A DNA stretch of 64,000 bases from Mustelus asterias (lineage: Eukaryota): contig NC_135804.1 in assembly GCF_964213995.1 (NCBI RefSeq), forward strand, positions 38,564,001 to 38,628,000, in the 5' to 3' direction. The notes beneath the pieces were generated by a model. It was not told the origin of the DNA, ran no database searches, and was given only the letters and a program-made list of their open reading frames with translations. How positions within the stretch are numbered: position 1 is the first letter of the stretch; each line of letters opens with the position of its first letter. This document shows positions 62,276 through 64,000 of this stretch, piece after piece. A program made the translations under genes and the position numbers.

Positions 62276-64000
62276 CGCTATGTGTCTCTGTTTCTGTTCA
62301 TCTCCCTATGTTCATCAGAGAGCCAATGCCAGACTACCCCTAAAAAGCACCTGATACCAGAGAGTTCCAAACAAAATGGGTGTGTGTGATATGATTATCC
62401 ATTATTGAAACCAGTGAACCAATTGATTATTGTTTTTGATCTTTGGAGAAAATTCTTCAATGTGTACCTCAGGAACATGTTTGTTTAACATGTTTTTTAA
62501 CATCAATTGCTCTGTAACCCTACAATGGAGGTCTGAGGGTCACAGAAAATAGTTTACACTTTTATGTGTTCATCAAACCATCACAATGTGTAGATGATCC
62601 TGAAACAATACTTGCTGTAATTTTCTATGGTTCTATAAGTGCAGGTCAGTGGGACTAGGCATAAAATGGTTCGGCACAGACAAGAAGGGCCAAAAGGCCT
62701 GTTTCTGAGCTGTAATTTTCTATGGTTCTAATACTCAAAATCATTTTTAATGTCATCTAAATCTTCTGCTGTAATTCTTTCTCAACACATTTCTTGGTGT
62801 CTTGTACCTGCTAAGTGGAGTTCATTTTTGTTACCCCCTAGTCTAATTTGTCTGAGCTGAGGGGGATTACTTAACTTACCCAAGTTTAAAGGGCTTAGGT
62901 GCAGATTGGCATTGACCGTGAAGGGGGTACTCCTGGAGTCTAGCCAGCTAAAACTGCGTGACTCACCAGTGCAGAGCATTGCTGCCAGCCAGTACCATCC
63001 CATACTATTTTCTGGTCGTCTACGAATGACAGCTTCATTTTTAGTTCTGGCTTTGTCTGAAGTATAAGCAGTTTGCATACTGTACGACAAACACACGTGA
63101 GAGCAAGTGCAAAAATACACAATATCCATCTTTCCAGGGGACATGTTGTTTCTCCTAAGTTAAGCTATCGTATATGAAAATATTGGGCTGAACCTGGCAG
63201 TTCAGGATGGTAAACAACAGTTACAGGAGGGGCTGTAACACTGAACCTAAAAGGTATCAGTGGCAGGTTCAAAGTGATAATGGACACATCTATTTAAGGG
63301 CTTAGGCACAGATTGGCAGAGCTGAGCTTTAGGAACTTTTGACTGTTAAGGAGGTACTGCTGGAGTCTCGCCAGCTAAAACTGCATAGCTTACCAGTACA
63401 GGGCTTGGTATGCTTGTTCAGCCTGTGCCATCCTAGCCAAGAAGCCATTGGAGTAAAGGAGTTAAGTGAAAAGTTCCTGGGAGGAGGTCTATCTCCTCAG
63501 TTTGGAGCCCAATTGGCAGAACGGTGATCAACAGTGCTCTGGAGTATTGTGGATCTGTCTAAATATCTGTTACAAAAGATCACAAAAGAATGACATGGTT
63601 ATGAGTTTACTTCACTAGTTACGTCACCTTTTAGCCACCTTGACTAAAGAGCTTACCAGACTTTGTCTAAATTACAGTAGTTACTTACATTTATGTAGCA
63701 CTTTTAGCATAATAAAAACCCCCAAGCGCTGCACAGGAGCATTATCTAACGAGGAATGACACCAAGCCACGTCAGCAGATATTGGGTCAGATGACCAAAA
63801 TGCATGTTCAAGGAGATATATTTTAAGGAGTGTCTTAAAGGAGGAATGCAAAGTAGAGAAGTGGAGAGGTGTTGGGAGTGTATTCCAGAACAGGGCACTT
63901 AGGCAACAGAAGGCACAGCCACCAATAGTGGAGCCATTGTAAATCAGACAGAAAACAAGAGGAGAAAAATGATGTGCATCAGCAAGTTGAAGAAGGCTGG

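Overview
Vertebrate (cartilaginous fish/shark-like, judged from HE1-type SINEs, CR1/HER1, Rex and Penelope repeats) genomic DNA. It contains three spliced genes read by hand from the sequence: (1) a 10-coding-exon NCOA5-like paralogue on the minus strand (CDS 26600->9654, 387 aa); (2) CNEP1R1 on the plus strand (6 exons, 30250-50596, 125 aa), which shares a bidirectional CpG-island promoter with it and has a U12-type intron 4; (3) coding exon 1 of HEATR3 (58573-58704). The rest is mostly CR1, L2, RTE, Rex and Penelope retroelements and tRNA-derived SINEs. The most unusual features are splice-signal minisatellites at the 5' end of all three genes (a ~4.1 kb array of ~110 copies of the CNEP1R1 exon-2 donor GTGAGT plus (GT)n; a six-copy donor-like/CCGGAA repeat in the shared promoter; a ~28-copy polypyrimidine-CAG array abutting the HEATR3 ATG) and several Penelope-associated minimal hammerhead ribozyme motifs, one with an intact core in sense orientation in a CNEP1R1 intron. 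Repeat boundaries are approximate, and family names come from motif recognition, not database searches.
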